Below are positions 28,321 to 42,578 of a stretch of DNA of 63,742 nucleotides, piece by piece (the stretch's first letter is position 1; each line of letters opens with the position of its first letter). Under the pieces are notes generated by a model. That model saw only the letters and a program-made list of their open reading frames with translations. It was not told the DNA's origin and did not search any database. This DNA comes from Octopus bimaculoides. Its lineage: Eukaryota. The position numbers and the translations under genes are program-made. The stretch spans positions 24,559,507 to 24,623,248 of the forward strand of contig NC_068982.1 of assembly GCF_001194135.2 (NCBI RefSeq), given 5' to 3'.

Positions 28321-29195
28321 ATAACTCACGTTTCGGATAATCTCAAAGCTTCTATCAATGGGTTGGATTTGATTACATATACATTATATACAACTCCAGC
28401 TCCTTGCGCTTTGGAATGTCCTCAAAATTCACTTATAAACTTAATGGCTAGGCGGTTGATTCCGAGAATTAAAATACTTTACCGAGAGCTTTTGAAAGGG
28501 AAAATGAACCAAAAAGTCAGGCTAGCATTAGTATCTACGAGTATCACTAGTATATGTATTGCCATATGGATTGGATGTAACATATCTATCTATCTATATT
28601 TGCATACACCTTACATATACATGCGTACGTTCACGCACACAAGGGTATGTGTGAGCTGGAGGCCCGTGGGTCAGTGGCTCCAGAGGATGGTTTTCATTCA
28701 CTCAAAAAATGAGTAAACTTGAGACTGACGTAGGTCCTGTTCAAAGGTGAGGGAATATATATTGCATACAATCAGAGAAATTTGATGTTTGGTACGGAAT
28801 TTCATAGATGATTACAAACGTCTCATGCGGCAGGCTTGATAATTGAAGGGAATTCTTGACATGAAACCAATGGCAGTCATTTTAACCGAAGAGCTTATCC
28901 ACTAACATGGTGTTACGCAATCGTTCTCACTTCCCAATACTAACTTATATATATATATATNNNNNNNNNNNNNNNNNNNNNNNNNNNNNNNNNNNNNNNN
29001 NNNNNNNNNNNNNNNNNNNNNNNNNNNNNNNNNNNNNNNNNNNNNNNNNNNNNNNNNNNNNNNNNNNNNNNNNNNNNNNNNNNNNNNNNNNNNNNNNNNN
29101 NNNNNNNNNNNNNNNNNNNNNNNNNNNNNNNNNNNNNNNNNNNNNNNNNNNNNNNNNNNNNNNNNNNNNNGTTTAACGCTCGGGAAGTGAAAAAT

Positions 29196-29231
29196 CATTA
29201 ATGTTTCGAGCTTACGCTTTTCCACAGAAAG
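29196..29231 (-). ncRNA. Decayed minimal hammerhead-like motif in a PLE pseudo-LTR-type repeat (family H1)
   Basis: CTTT-CTGTGGA-A-AAGC GTAA GCTC-GAAACAT-T-AATG; homolog of 53466-53500 in the same flanking repeat (GTTTAACGCTC..GAAAGGAACACAG). Confidence 0.45.
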
Positions 29232-29287
29232 GAACACAGAAAGAAACAAGAGAAAATAAAGAATGTGTAGTGGCTAGCGATCTATAT

Positions 29288-29325
<38 letters not shown>

Positions 29326-29874
29326 TGTGAACAGGACATCAACAACAAGTGAATAAAATACGTAAACACACTGGAGGACAAAATACTTAAAGAAGACAAC
29401 TCCTCATCAGTTGTCGGACTGGTTATTGATCCTAATTCTCTCATTACAATTCGTCTTTGCATAACATCCCTTAATGATTGTCTTCGTCCCCCACCTTACA
29501 TTGCATGTGTCTGTTATTTTTGGAACAATATTAGTTGGGCTTACCAGGATGTATTTGTATAAATATTTGTACTATATAGAACGGTAAGTGTTGCCCGTTG
29601 ATTGAAATTGTATGGCTTCACGCACTTAGAGTTAATTTATTATTTGACTGTAAGTTTTAAATTATTAGATTTAATGATAGGAATAATCTAATTTGAGGGT
29701 AACGTAATATAATCAGGGCCTGTTGATTGTGATAGTATTTTTCGCATCAGCTTTGAATTCAAATGCATTTGTTTATAATTTTTAATGATTAGATTTAATT
29801 AGTATATCGTTCTTATCTTAAGGTATTTGTTATTGCTTTTTAAGTATTCTCTTTTACTCTTTTACTCTTTTACT

Positions 29875-30512
29875 AGTTTCAGTCATTTAACTGCGGCCAT
29901 GCTGGAGCACCGCCTTTAGTCGAGAAAATCGACCCCAGGACTTATTCTTTGTAAGCCTAGTACTTATTCTATCGGTCTCTTTTGCCGAACCGCTAATTTA
30001 CGGGGACGTAAACGCACCAACATCGGTTGTCAAGCGAAGTTGGGGGGACAAACACAGACACACAAACATATACACACACACACACACACACACATATATA
30101 AATATATATATATATANNNNNNNNNNNNNNNNNNNNNNNNNNNNNNNNNNNNNNNNNNNNNNNNNNNNNNNNNNNNNNNNNNNNNNNNNNNNNNNNNNNN
30201 NNNNNNNNNNNNNNNNNNNNNNNNNNNNNNNNNNNNNNNNNNNNNNNNNNNNNNNNNNNNNNNNNNNNNNNNNNNNNNNNNNNNNNNGGGGACACAAACA
30301 GAGACAACAAATACATACATACATATATATACATATGACAGGCTTCTTTCAGTTTCTGTCTTTCAGATCCACTCACAAAGCTTTGGTCAGCTTGAGGCTA
30401 TAATAGAAGACACTTGCCCAAAGTGCCATGCAGTGAGACTGAACCCAGAACCANNNNNNNNNNTAGAAGACACTTGCCTAAAGTGCCACGCAGTGAGACT
30501 GAACCCAGAACC
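29875..30512 (-). mobile_element. Near full-length tRNA-derived SINE family A with central (CA/TA)n and gap
   Basis: The 5' head (30340-30512) is the reverse complement of 46928-47088. The 3' body (29875-30060) includes GCGGCCATGCTGGAGCACCGCC..TCGACCCCAGGACTT..GGACAAACACAGACAC. Confidence 0.85.
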
Positions 30513-30959
30513 AAGTATGTTTAATATAATTTTTGAATTAAGGTAACTTTACACATAGTACTAATTTGCAAGCGGACACGGTATTAAGTGTACCCCGATA
30601 TTGCCAATATACTCTTTTAAATTGTTTTACAATAATAGGAACTATATGACTTTAATGACTATGTAATGCTTATTAATCATATTTAGTACTCTGTGGCAAC
30701 TAGTGAGTTTCATTATTTGATAATAATTAACATGTGATTTTGTCTCAAATATTAGCCGCCTAAGTATAAGTCACTTTTTATTCGTGCATTATAGTGTACC
30801 TATCAGATGGATTTTTCTTGAGTCTCGGAAATTTTTCCTTTTCTTGTTTTTTTTATTTATTTATTTATTTATTTTTTTGCTAATGAAGTAAACTCAAGTA
30901 AATGTATCCAATACAAATACTGTAAGGTGCTTAAGAAAATTTACTCACAAAAATTATTA

Positions 30960-31380
30960 CCGAGAATCCTACCTATGCTCTAGATAGGGCAAATCGGAGT
31001 CCAGCAGTCTCTACAATTGGTCAGTTACAATTTGAACCGAGATCAAAAGCTAGAACCTTTACAATGGATATTTAAAAACCCTCGATTCAATAGCACTGTG
31101 TACAAACGCTATACTTGGAATGACCAATTTTAAATACTATTGGAATTTGCTCAGAAGCTAATAGATTCTTATATGTATGTCATTCTGCGTAAGTAACGGA
31201 TTTACAAATGCAATATCCTTGCATATCTCACATCTATTTTCATTCTTCCACTTCACTCTATTTCATATCTTATCTAAATTAACTATTGTTTAACCATTTT
31301 CTCACACCGTCTCCGACGAAGGGATATAATAAATATCCTGGAAATAGCTGTAAGACTTTCTATTTATAAATGTTCTAAAA
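30960..31380 (+). mobile_element. Short PLE 3'/pseudo-LTR remnant
   Basis: FNSTVYKRYTWNDQF (cf. PLE thumb FxTxVYRKxTxTGQY) followed by a hammerhead-like motif. Confidence 0.45.
31309..31356 (+). ncRNA. Minimal type-I hammerhead-like ribozyme motif (family H2)
   Basis: GTCT-CCGACGA-A-GGGATAT aataa ATATCCT-G-GAAA-T AGCT G-TA-AGAC. Stem I is 4 bp, stem II 7 bp, the helix III loop is palindromic and the triplet is GUA; core has U4C. Confidence 0.65.
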
Positions 31381-31583
31381 TCTTCGCAGCCTTGGTTTTT
31401 CATCTCATTCTAAAAAAATATATATATATACACATGCTGATATATGACCTACATTGGACACCTCATTTGCATAATCGCCGAACCTGGAGCTTAACTATAG
31501 CCTGTCCATAGCATTTACTCTGCGTTACCTGACACCTTTGGATCTTATTGACACCATTACTTTTCATAACCTCTATCTCTCTC

Positions 31584-31627
<44 letters not shown>

Positions 31628-32438
31628 NNNNNNNNNNNNNNNNNNNNNNNNNNNNNNNNNNNNNNNNNNNNNNNNNNNNNNNNNNNNNNNNNNNNNNNNN
31701 NNNNNNNNNNNNNNNNNNNNNNNNNNNNNNNNNNNNNNNNNNNNNNNNNNNNNNNNNNNNNNNNNNNNNNNNNNNNNNNNNNNNNNNNNNNNNNNNNNNN
31801 NNNNNNNNNNNNNNNNNNNNNNNNNNNNNNNNNNNNNNNNNNNNNNNNNNNNNNNNNNNNNNNNNNNNNNNNNNNNNNNNNNNNNNNNNNNNNNNNNNNN
31901 NNNNNNNNNNNNNNNNNNNNNNNNNNNNNNNNNNNNNNNNNNNNNNNNNNNNNNNNNNNNNNNNNNNNNNNNNNNNNNNNNNNNNNNNNNNNNNNNNNNN
32001 NNNNNNNNNNNNNNNNNNNNNNNNNNNNNNNNNNNNNNNNNNNNNNNNNNNNNNNNNNNNNNNNNNNNNNNNNNNNNNNNNNNNNNNNNNNNNNNNNNNN
32101 NNNNNNNNNNNNNNNNNNNNNNNNNNNNNNNNNNNNNNNNNNNNNNNNNNNNNNNNNNNNNNNNNNNNNNNNNNNNNNNNNNNNNNNNNNNNNNNNNNNN
32201 NNNNNNNNNNNNNNNNNNNNNNNNNNNNNNNNNNNNNNNNNNNNNNNNNNNNNNNNNNNNNNNNNNNNNNNNNNNNNNNNNNNNNNNNNNNNNNNNNNNN
32301 NNNNNNNNNNNNNNNNNNNNNNNNNNNNNNNNNNNNNNNNNNNNNNNNNNNNNNNNNNNNNNNNNNNNNNNNNNNNNNNNNNNNNNNNNNNNNNNNNNNN
32401 NNNNNNNNNNNNNNNNNNNNNNNNNNNNNNNNNNNNNN

Positions 32439-32477
<39 letters not shown>

Positions 32478-35400
32478 CACATCCATCTCTCTCTCACCCC
32501 GTATATATAAATAATGTATGTTTGTGTATGTGTGTGTGTGTGTGTATGTGCGTGCGCGCGCGTTCGTGTGTGCACACATACTTGTAAGTATTGAAATACT
32601 TTCTAATTCATGTAGTAATTCGTAACGGAATACTAGCAGTAGGTTGCATATACATGTAAATTACTAATTTCTTTGAAATAAATACCTGCGAAGAGGAAAT
32701 AATTTCAATCCCAAAGAGCAATTACTGTTACTACATGTGAAAGGGGCTACTAATTTGGAAATAATTTCTATTATCGTGAGGATAAATTTAATGTTGATTG
32801 AAGAATTTATTCCGTATGATATTTGTATTCTGAACACATAATATCTGTGCATTTGCAATACATTTGTCGATCACCTCGTTAACGTTTCTCTACTAAACAA
32901 GAATCTAGTGTGTGCGTTGAAAATTTTCGCTTGAAATATATCATTTTACACATCATATAACCTCTCGTAAAATACCCATATGCCCAAATACACAGATATG
33001 ATTACTTGTGAATGTTCACACTTCGCGACAATTGATGATAATGAATTATTTTGTGAATTCTCCCATGGTTTAATTGTTATCGAGGAAGATTATCACCAGT
33101 ATCACTGGATTAAAAAATTAATCAATAATGTGAATCGGAATTGTAACAAGCTTCGTGTTGCACACCGTGAAGACCAGATATTTAAACATTTAGACTAAAA
33201 TACGTAAAATTCATGTGAAGCTAATGGTATTGTTATAGCAGTGGAATGTATGGTGAGTGATATCAGGATCTAGTCAATTCTTGGGTTTATTATTTGTTAC
33301 TAAAATTTAGCAATGGCCACTCTAGCATATACGTGCGGGCAGATATTGAAGGCTAGAACACTAGTTTCGCAAGAATATGATTTAATTTCGGTCATATTAT
33401 GAAATAGATTATGAACCTGCTCTCTACTCTAGCCAGGACATGACTAAAACTTCCTCAAGTACAATTCAGATATGGAAGCTACTCTGAATACTGTTCAAAG
33501 GTCAATCTTGTTCTTGGGGGTGCAGAATCCATCATCTTGCTTATCACTACCAAGTGACTCAGAATTATTTTTCCGAATTCTCCATTGCTACAAATGGGGA
33601 AACTCACGAAAAGTGAGTTTACTAACTAAAACGTTAGTAAACGCATACAAGAAAATAAAGTAATGCTAGTAACATCGGTCCTGTCTGTACTGCATAATCA
33701 TAATATATTATCAGAAATTCATGGAATATGTAATTTCCAAGCATCTTAATTGAACTATTATTGCTCGGATTTGGTCAAAACCCAATCTTGCTTGAAGTTT
33801 ACTCTTTGATCATCCGAGTTTTCTGTTGTAAGCTACCAACTTATAGAACGTTGTTTCCGTGTGCTGCACATTCACTTTAAGCCAATCTCCAAAAATAATT
33901 AATATCTAAAGCATCAAATAGAAACATTCACTAAAATGTTCGTCGAAATTTTATGATAAACTCCATTTTCGTATAGGAAAATCTTGCCAATACGGATAAC
34001 AGTATTTACACTGGATATTAGGAAAGCTAGTTACACGATTTGGCTAGGTCTTAATTGTATTATTTCATCTATAACACTGAAACTGAGAATGTTCTTCTTT
34101 AGGGGATTGATTAACATATTACGAACTTACACAAATGCCAGTAGTTTTTCAACTTGGCAAGAGAGCAAAATCGTTCATTTCTGAAAATTAAACTCATGGT
34201 GGTCTGAGTCAGTGACCAAGTTCTAATTTAAACCTTACTTTAGAATTACTTTATATCACATACTAATAGTATTAGGAATCATAGAAATGCAATAAGCTTA
34301 AATTTTTATCTTCGATATAGTATTTTTCTCTTGTGCATATTTTCAGTGCGTTATTACTATTGTAGAATTTTGGATAGTGCGTGTTGTCACAGTTCGTGCA
34401 TAATTTAAGAGAAAACAAGCTTTTACACATCAAAACATTTATGTTAGTGCTTCCTGTTCAGATGTATTTCTTCTAGCACATTAACTACTTTTGAATCACG
34501 TATAAAAGGCATGAACACAATCACCTCCTCCTGAATAAAGTCATAAAATTTAGATTTTAACAGCAGAATATTTTCCTCTAAAGCATACAAAAGTTTATAT
34601 GTATCTCTAACATTAGACATTGTATCATACAAAATTATGCATATATTAATGTATGGAATGATGGCAAAATTAATTTTGAGCTACCACTTTATATACTGCT
34701 TATAATTAAAAACCCTCTGCTTCATCTGACTTGGTCCAATATTCACTGGATGACAAATATTTTTTTTCTTTTTTTTTGCATGCAAGCTGTGTGTTATCCT
34801 GCCGAAGACCCTAAAAACCTAGAACATATTTAAGCATATGTATATATATTTCAGCAATCTAATTAACCATTTGTATTTCCTAAATTATTTCTTTTTATTA
34901 TTACCTCAGAAACGAGAATATCAATATATATCCTGCTTTCATTTACGGTCTATTTTGTTCTTGATTATACATTAAAAATCAAGATGTGACTTTTGATAAT
35001 GGTTTATGGTTTACTAAAAATTAGACTGCATTTTTCAGTCATGAGAAGTTTGGAGTTTATGCGATAATAATCAAACAATCTTTCGTGCAGTTAGAGCAAG
35101 GATATGTTCTTACGGATGTTTTCTCATATGGCGCATGTGTACATTACATCAATGATAAAAAGGAAATATGGAAAATAAAAATTGTATTTAGTTCACAATC
35201 TAATTATTTTAAAAAAATTGTACAGTATTATATCTTCCTTAGCACTGTCAAACAGACATTACACTTCTCTTTTTATTTTTTTTTTATTTGCTGTTTGTGT
35301 TACTTTGAAATATCTATCGCTACTCTTGGTTATCACAAGCGCCTAACTACTAATGGAGATACACCGAAGGCATTTCCTTTTCGATCACCGCGTTTCATAC

Positions 35401-35619
35401 TTTAAGTGATATTTAAAATTATCTTATATTATTTGCAGTTCGGATATCAATATGGAATGTGCCAGTAATTGATATGTAGACAATCCAACGATATTTTCAT
35501 ACTTAGGCAATGTTGGAAATATCACTGGATATGGTATAAATATTGGTTTCAAATGTTCGCACAAGACCAGGGATATAGTACTAATATTAAAATAGATGCA
35601 TTTATGTGTGTTTATATAG

Positions 35620-36259
35620 CATAGATGGCAGACGTGATCCACGAAAAAGAAAGCGAGAATAAGACTTTATTTAAAGAAAATATAGAGCATTAATAATTTT
35701 AATATTCGTTTTTGCACAGCTCGTAATAAAATTAAGTTTCAACAACTAGAGTTATCATTCACTGACTTTCTCATCATTCTAAATATTTTCCATTGCATGT
35801 AGTACATCAAAGTGTTAGAATGATATATGCGTTCATTATTTAGCTCATGTCACTCGAGACATATGAAAACAAATATCCCCTTCCGCCTTGCAAGAAGGAC
35901 TTGCACCATAGTTCCCGGATAAATTATATATATCTGTTTGTACAAGCATGGAATAATTTGGTAAATCCGAAAGTATAATGGTTGCATGTATGCCGTAATT
36001 TCTGATATGCATGCTGTTAAACATATACTCCCCAATTTACACGCAATATGGCGAGTAGTACTAGTTGTAATATAAAAACTGAAACACTGATGAGCATAAT
36101 AAACTATGCGTATGTATGCAGCTGGTGTTAAGTTGTTGAAACTTAATTTTATTACCAGCTGTGCAAAAAGAAAATATTAAAATTATTAATGCTCTATATT
36201 TTCTTTAAATAAAGTCTTATTCTAGCTTTCTTTTTCGTGGATCACGTCTGCCATCTATG
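35620..36259. mobile_element. Fold-back/MITE-like element, ~128-bp inverted arms, superfamily unassigned
   Basis: 35620-35747 is the reverse complement of 36131-36259 with a few differences; no clear TSD. Confidence 0.8.
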
Positions 36260-39200
36260 TAAGCATAAAACCAACAGTGTTGATTTTTCTATATCTGAAC
36301 TTGTATTTTACAAACTCTCACTTTATGTCCTATATGTCAATAGATAGGACTTAGGTATATATCAAAGTATTAGAATAGCGTATTTCAATTATAACAGTGG
36401 TGTAAATATGTGGAGTTGTGTAAGTTGTGGACAAATTTTTGAAGCTTCTTTTACTTTTTTTTATCAAAGTATAATTCATATTTAGACTGCACAGTGGAAG
36501 TAGAGATTAATAAATAATAAATAAATCGAAAGGGTTGACAGCAAGGAAAAAGAGAGAAAATCGAGCAGGCAGAGATAGTGACATAAAACGACAACCTATT
36601 AAGTGAAAGTGAGCTTGAATCTCTAAGACATAAATAGAATATATTCGAGGAAATAATCAAGTAATGCACTATTATCATTTAGCATTATGGTGTAAGAAAC
36701 CATTCCAAAAGGTGTGACAAACCATTATTTTCTTGAACAATAATTAAAACTACTTCGAGGAAAAATAACTTCGCAAAAATGATATTCACTATAGAATCAG
36801 CTTTAGGCTATGAATTGCAAGCTTGTTGTTAGATGTATGATACAGTAACAATATTGCAAGGTGAAGTTAAATCTAGATTGTTAGTTGACACAGTAGTCTA
36901 AGTTAATTCGGCAGCTATTTCACTGGAAGTACCTAGTTGTGTAAGGGACGGCTCATGCATTTCTTAATGGTTATATGACAGTATTTCATGGTTTCATTGG
37001 AGCAAGTCTCATCGCACCTCATGCTCCCTGATGAAATATTTTATTGCATGGCTGTACATCACTGGTTCTATTAAATAATATATGAAGATTTAAATTTAAA
37101 AATATATATTTTTACAAAAAAACTTTACCTTATAATATTCAGCATTTATTTTAATAGGAAAATATTCTTTCTAAACCAGAAATATGACAGGTACTAGAAT
37201 AATATGGTTAACGTTTGCAGAACAATATCCTGCTATCAATGAGTTCGAAAAAAATTTTGATCTTGTCTGTCATGCATTTGCAGTTTACATTTTCACTGTT
37301 ATTTGTGAATCATATATGGTAATTATGTTTGGGATGGAATTTATTGGTTATAATCGGTTAAAGTGGCCAAACAATCGCCTACAAGTAGTGCAACCGCACC
37401 TACTATATTAGGAGTGGCTTTTACATATGAAAAGTTTAATCTGTACATATTCAGAAGTGAGTACCAAAACGTATGTGGAGATACATTTTTAAGTCTTTAG
37501 TGACCTAATGTATTTACAGGCTCATTCAGACAGGAAATGTATAGTCTATAACCATATGTGAGGAGCAGAAATCTAGTCTGAAGGTGGATTTCTAACTTTT
37601 AAAGTTCTAAAAATGAAGGATCACAAAAAACCACGGTACGAGTGTTCGGTCTGAATTTTTACAATGGGACGTCGGAATTATGGAAGGAGAAGTAGATATG
37701 TGTAGAAATTGAATTAAATTTTGAAGTGGTGAAAGACGTGGTAAAATCCAAGTTGTAAACTAATGGTTCATGTTTGCTATTACTGATTTATGCAGGATTA
37801 TTTCATAATCATTAACCCGTAACTCACCGAATAGATATGATTCAAGAATAATAATATGATTCGAGAAGAATTATAGGTACGAGTCAAGAATAATAATGTA
37901 TTATAACTCAGGATACATTATCCTGAGTTTATCCTTAGATACATATGTAAATACATCACTATTTTATGTCTTCTTGCTTACAACGAGAGAGATCCCGTGG
38001 AAACACTATGAAGGTGCGAACAAAATTTTGCTAGCATAATTTCATTTCTACTGATTTTGCTGGATATTAACATTCTGAATCATATGTTGAAGATTCTGAT
38101 AAAATGAACTATTTCTTAAATTTTGAGAATTTCTATTACAAACTTATTTTTTTGCTGCAGTGTGGGAGTTCATTGGAATAATTCTCAAGCCAGAGGACGC
38201 GCGCGCGCACACACAAGCACACGCACACAGACACACTAACACACACACCCACAGACACACACTGACACATATATATATATATATATAGTTGAAATTTACA
38301 GAAAAACAAAAGAAGACAAATGTATGAACAACATGCTATCTATCTATCTGTCTGTCTACCTATCTATCTACCTACCTACCTACCTACGTATCTGTTTACC
38401 TACCTATCTATTTATCTATCTATCTATCAATCCATCCAACCAGCTATCTATCCAGTCACTCGCCCATCTGTCCGTCCTTATTTAACAATATTCTATGTCT
38501 ACTCTTGTGAGGTTATTGTAATAGGAAATTGACCAAACGCCATATATATTTCCCATCACCATATTGGATTGCATTTCATTTTCTTTCCTGCGTGCCCATG
38601 AATGTTTTATGGCTGTGATTTCTATTTATCCCCATAATTATTCGTCTTGGTTTTATTAGTAAATATCTCTTTCCCAAATTTGGGCGAATTTCCGTCGCCT
38701 GTCTACAAGTGTAGAAGCATGTAGAAAGTTGAGGAGATGGATTTAGGCAAATGTAGTATCGGCTTTGACTGGACACCAGAGAACTCTTTTGTTTTATGCT
38801 GAATAGAAGCGTGGTTTCCTTGGAAAAAGCACTGAGCCAAAACTTATCTAATAATAGATTATAATATTACTTTACTTTTCCTCACACCTCATAGTTATTA
38901 TACCTTGTAGTAAAATATATCAGCAGCCATACATTAAATGAACTTTATAAACATACTTTTCTCACACAATAATATCTTGTTTTCTTTCACGTACTTTCCA
39001 CTTTCACAAAATTATTTTCATCCATTTTAATTATTTTTTACTCTTATTTGTGCATCTCTACGTCTCCTTTTCTTTTCCTTGAACTTGATTCTCATATTCA
39101 CTTTATTTTTCAGTTTTTCCTTAGTATATATTTAAATTCTTCCACTGGACACATAAAAGTGTGTTAACCAAAAGTTGGTGTTGATAAATGTGTGAATATT

Positions 39201-39399
39201 GATATCTATACTTTTCGGAAATGTCAAAAAATGAATGATGTTATTTGTTTTGCGGTGGCCTACTAATCATTCTTCCTAAGTATGATACTGCACTTTGGTA
39301 CAGTATAGAAATTAATGCTATGCAAAAAAAATAGTATTAAATCCCTAATTACTTATATCGAGTTATCCATATTCGTAGCATTAATTTTTATATCTCGCG

Positions 39400-41095
39400 C
39401 TCGAGACATATCTTCCAAAATAACCACCTCGTCCAAACAAGATATAACCATTACAACGACTCCACTAAGAGCCGACCGCAACGGAGAGCCCACAATATAT
39501 CATGGGTCAGCGGAAGGACAATCAACAGGAACAATAATTCCTCATATCAAAACAATAAAACATTTTTTAGGCAATCTTGGCCAAAACGGGTACACACGAT
39601 GGCAGCAACCAAATGTGAGATCCCGAAGGTGATAAATCTCTCACAAACCAAGAAATCAAGATTCTCGCAAATGGACTGAAGTTCACTCCAACACCACAAA
39701 GATCGAAGCTAAAGGATATGCAAAATGATATCTAGGAGTTCTTTGAATCACTGAAGAAATGTTGCATAAAGAAAATAATGATCACTCTATACTTCACAAT
39801 AACAGTAACAACTGGCGGATAAAAGGAAGAAATCAAACTCTGGATAACTTTTGTGATATAGTTTCCAATTATCCCTACAATTTACTCCCAGCTCGAAAAT
39901 TTCAAAACAAATGCAAGTCGAGAAGAATGGGAAATCATTAATAATCCCAAAGAGGATCACAATATAATTATAAAAGAAGCCGATAAAGCGAGTGCTGTAG
40001 TAATCGTGCTCTCAAAAAAATACATAAACACTACCCTAAGACAATGCCTACGATGAAAATATCAACAACTGCAGTCAATCCAAGATAATGACTAAACTTT
40101 CTACTTTTATCCACCAGTTCCAACGAGGTTTAACGGGAAAGGAAATAGATTACTTGACTAAATTTGACAGCAAAACCAGCAACTCTTATGGGTTTCCCAA
40201 AATTCACAAAAGTGAAGCCATAAAAATGGCAGTAACAAATCAACTTCTGTAGTCATAAATATTCCACACCCGAGAGATCTCAAACACAGACCAATTGTCG
40301 CTGGTCCCTGTTGTGAGACACAAACACTCAGTATTTTTATTGTCGTCCTCCTTAAATCTGTTCTCCAATGATTACGGAGCTTTATAAGTGATGATCTGGA
40401 CTTTTTAATCCATCTCCCGAACAAAACTAGTAAGGACTCGCTTCTCGTTTCATTCCATGTAATAAACCTCTACACCTCGATTCCTCACGAATACGGAATA
40501 ATAGCCATACAATATTGGCTGGAAAAATTCCCAAATGACTTTCCTGACCGAATCGGAAAAGAATTCATCGTTGAAGGAATAAAATTCATCCTACAGATCT
40601 ACTTCTTCAACTTCAACAACAACACTTACCGAAAAAAAAACGGGAACGGCGATGGAACGAGGGTAGCTCCTACTTTTGCCAACCTTGTCATGGTATACCT
40701 AGAAGTCCATATATACGAACACACTTGACAGAAATTTTTGACTGAAAATTAGACTGAAATTTTGAGACAACTTCCAAAACTAATTACTCACCAACTGGAA
40801 ACGCTACCTGAATGACAGATTCATTCTGTGGCCACATAAACTTGAGTAACTCTCAGAATTTAAAAACTCTTAAGAGCATTGACCACATTATTCAGTTCAC
40901 AATGGACTACAGCCACAAACAACTAACCATGCTAGGTATCTTAATCCTAAAAAGGCATACTGAAATTGAAACAGAAATCTTCTTCAAACAAACAGACGCG
41001 AAACTATATATTCTGTTTTCCTTCTACCACCCAAAACATACTAAAATAAATATACCATTCAACTTAGCAAGAAGAATTTGCACTATATTTCTGGA
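39400..41095 (+). mobile_element. Penelope-like element RT remnant (second long copy)
   Basis: ILANGLKFTPTP, KGRNQTLDNFCD, IIIKEADKASAVVI, LTGKEIDYLTKF..SYGFPKIHKS, RPIVAGPCCET, LYTSIPHEYG, GTAM.TRVAPTFANLVM, WKRYLND (catalytic YLDD mutated) and YHPKHTKINIPFNLARRICTI. Confidence 0.9.
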
Positions 41096-41394
41096 TTTCT
41101 TGTTAGATTTCTTGTGATGACTTTCGTACAGGAGACCGTGAGTGGAGCGCATGAATTTCTAGGTTTCTCAAACACGTGTAAGCAAAATTAGTTTACTGTG
41201 GAAAAATCCACGTATTCTACAGAGGTTTGTTCGAGAGTTGTTGTCGTTAATCCTTTCAAATATTACCTGTGAATCAAAATTGAGAAATTATCTGTGGTAA
41301 TGACTTTCTGTCGCCATAAACTCTACAAATGCTTTTACTCTTACCACCAATACTTTTGCTCAACCCAACTCAGATATGTCTCATTGAAATGACA

Positions 41395-41515
41395 GCTGTG
41401 TAACCTGTAATAAAATGATTTGCTCAAGGACACAATAAGCCGACGCGACCTGAAATTGAAATGAAGATCTTGCGATTGAAAGTGCAACATTCTTAGAGTA
41501 GGCCACACATCTGCA
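41395..41515 (-). mobile_element. Decayed tRNA-derived SINE head
   Basis: Reverse complement reads TGTGGCCTA..GTTGCACT..ATCGCAAGATC..TTCAATTTCAG..TTGTGTCCTTGAGCAA. Confidence 0.5.
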
Positions 41516-42528
41516 TTTATACAAAATCTTATGGGTATATATTTGTGTTTATGGCTATACGTATGTATGCATAACTGTATAGCAAAATACAGTATGTGAA
41601 GATGACTGTACACATGCATGGCTTTGTGTGCATGGGCAACATTTTCGTAAGAAATTGCAATTTATAGTTCAAAGATTCTACGTTGTGGATAAGTTTTATA
41701 ATTAAGTAAATTTACATTAAAAGTTCACGCAGGTACAAAAGTGTTCGGTGTTCAATATATATTTAATTACTTTGTGTTCTGTAAAGTTACTTGCTACAGG
41801 ATAAGTTCGAATAAACATAAAATTATATGCATGCAATTTTACACACACGTCTCATATTTATGACTAAGATTAATATGCATATGCAAAATATTCATACAGC
41901 TGTTAGTCTAAATCATAGATTATAAACTCTGTAATTATTACTTTGATACAAAGATAATTAGAAATTAAGAAATCATTTGAGATTCTGCTGCACAATGATA
42001 GATCATTATCCAAAGACAAGCAGCAACAAATTATGTTTTATGGTGAAATTTATATGGATGTATGCGCGGATTTGATGAAAATCTAGTGCATAAAAACATT
42101 TACCCAAACTACTTTACAGATTGACATATTTTCAATTTATACATTCCCCATTATCCTCCAGGTTATTGTATGTATATTCTAAATTGCATATAACATAAAA
42201 TGAATTAATATGTAAAGCTGCACAAAATATGCTTATGTTGCAAAAAGTGACAGCCAAAGGTGTTTTAAACTCTGATACATCCATATGTAATATTTATGAA
42301 TAAACGAAACATGAGAAGATATTCATTCTCTCACTCCCGTTCTTATTATGTAATTGTTTCAAAATTATTTGTAAATTATTCTCATCTCATCCACTAAACT
42401 ATCTACCAACTATGTTTCATGTAGTAATGTATTCAATATTCCTTCCTTAATGATATTTATGGCAGAAAACATTTGAATTAATATTTTGTTACCCAAACAT
42501 GGATAAATGTCAAAGATTTGGTAGTAAT

Positions 42529-42578
42529 GCAGAGCTGATGAGCAGAGTTGATGAGCAGAGCTGATGAGCAGAGCTGAT
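42529..42578. repeat. 13-bp tandem repeat, ~3.8 copies (GCAGAGCTGATGA)
   Basis: Direct reading; one C>T variant. Confidence 0.9.

Noticed and set aside
33470-34180. Coding-like decayed block on minus
   Set aside because: No diagnostic motif recovered by manual translation.
42529-42578. Repeated CTGATGA (hammerhead core or snoRNA C box)
   Set aside because: A simple 13-bp tandem repeat with no stems or D-box architecture.
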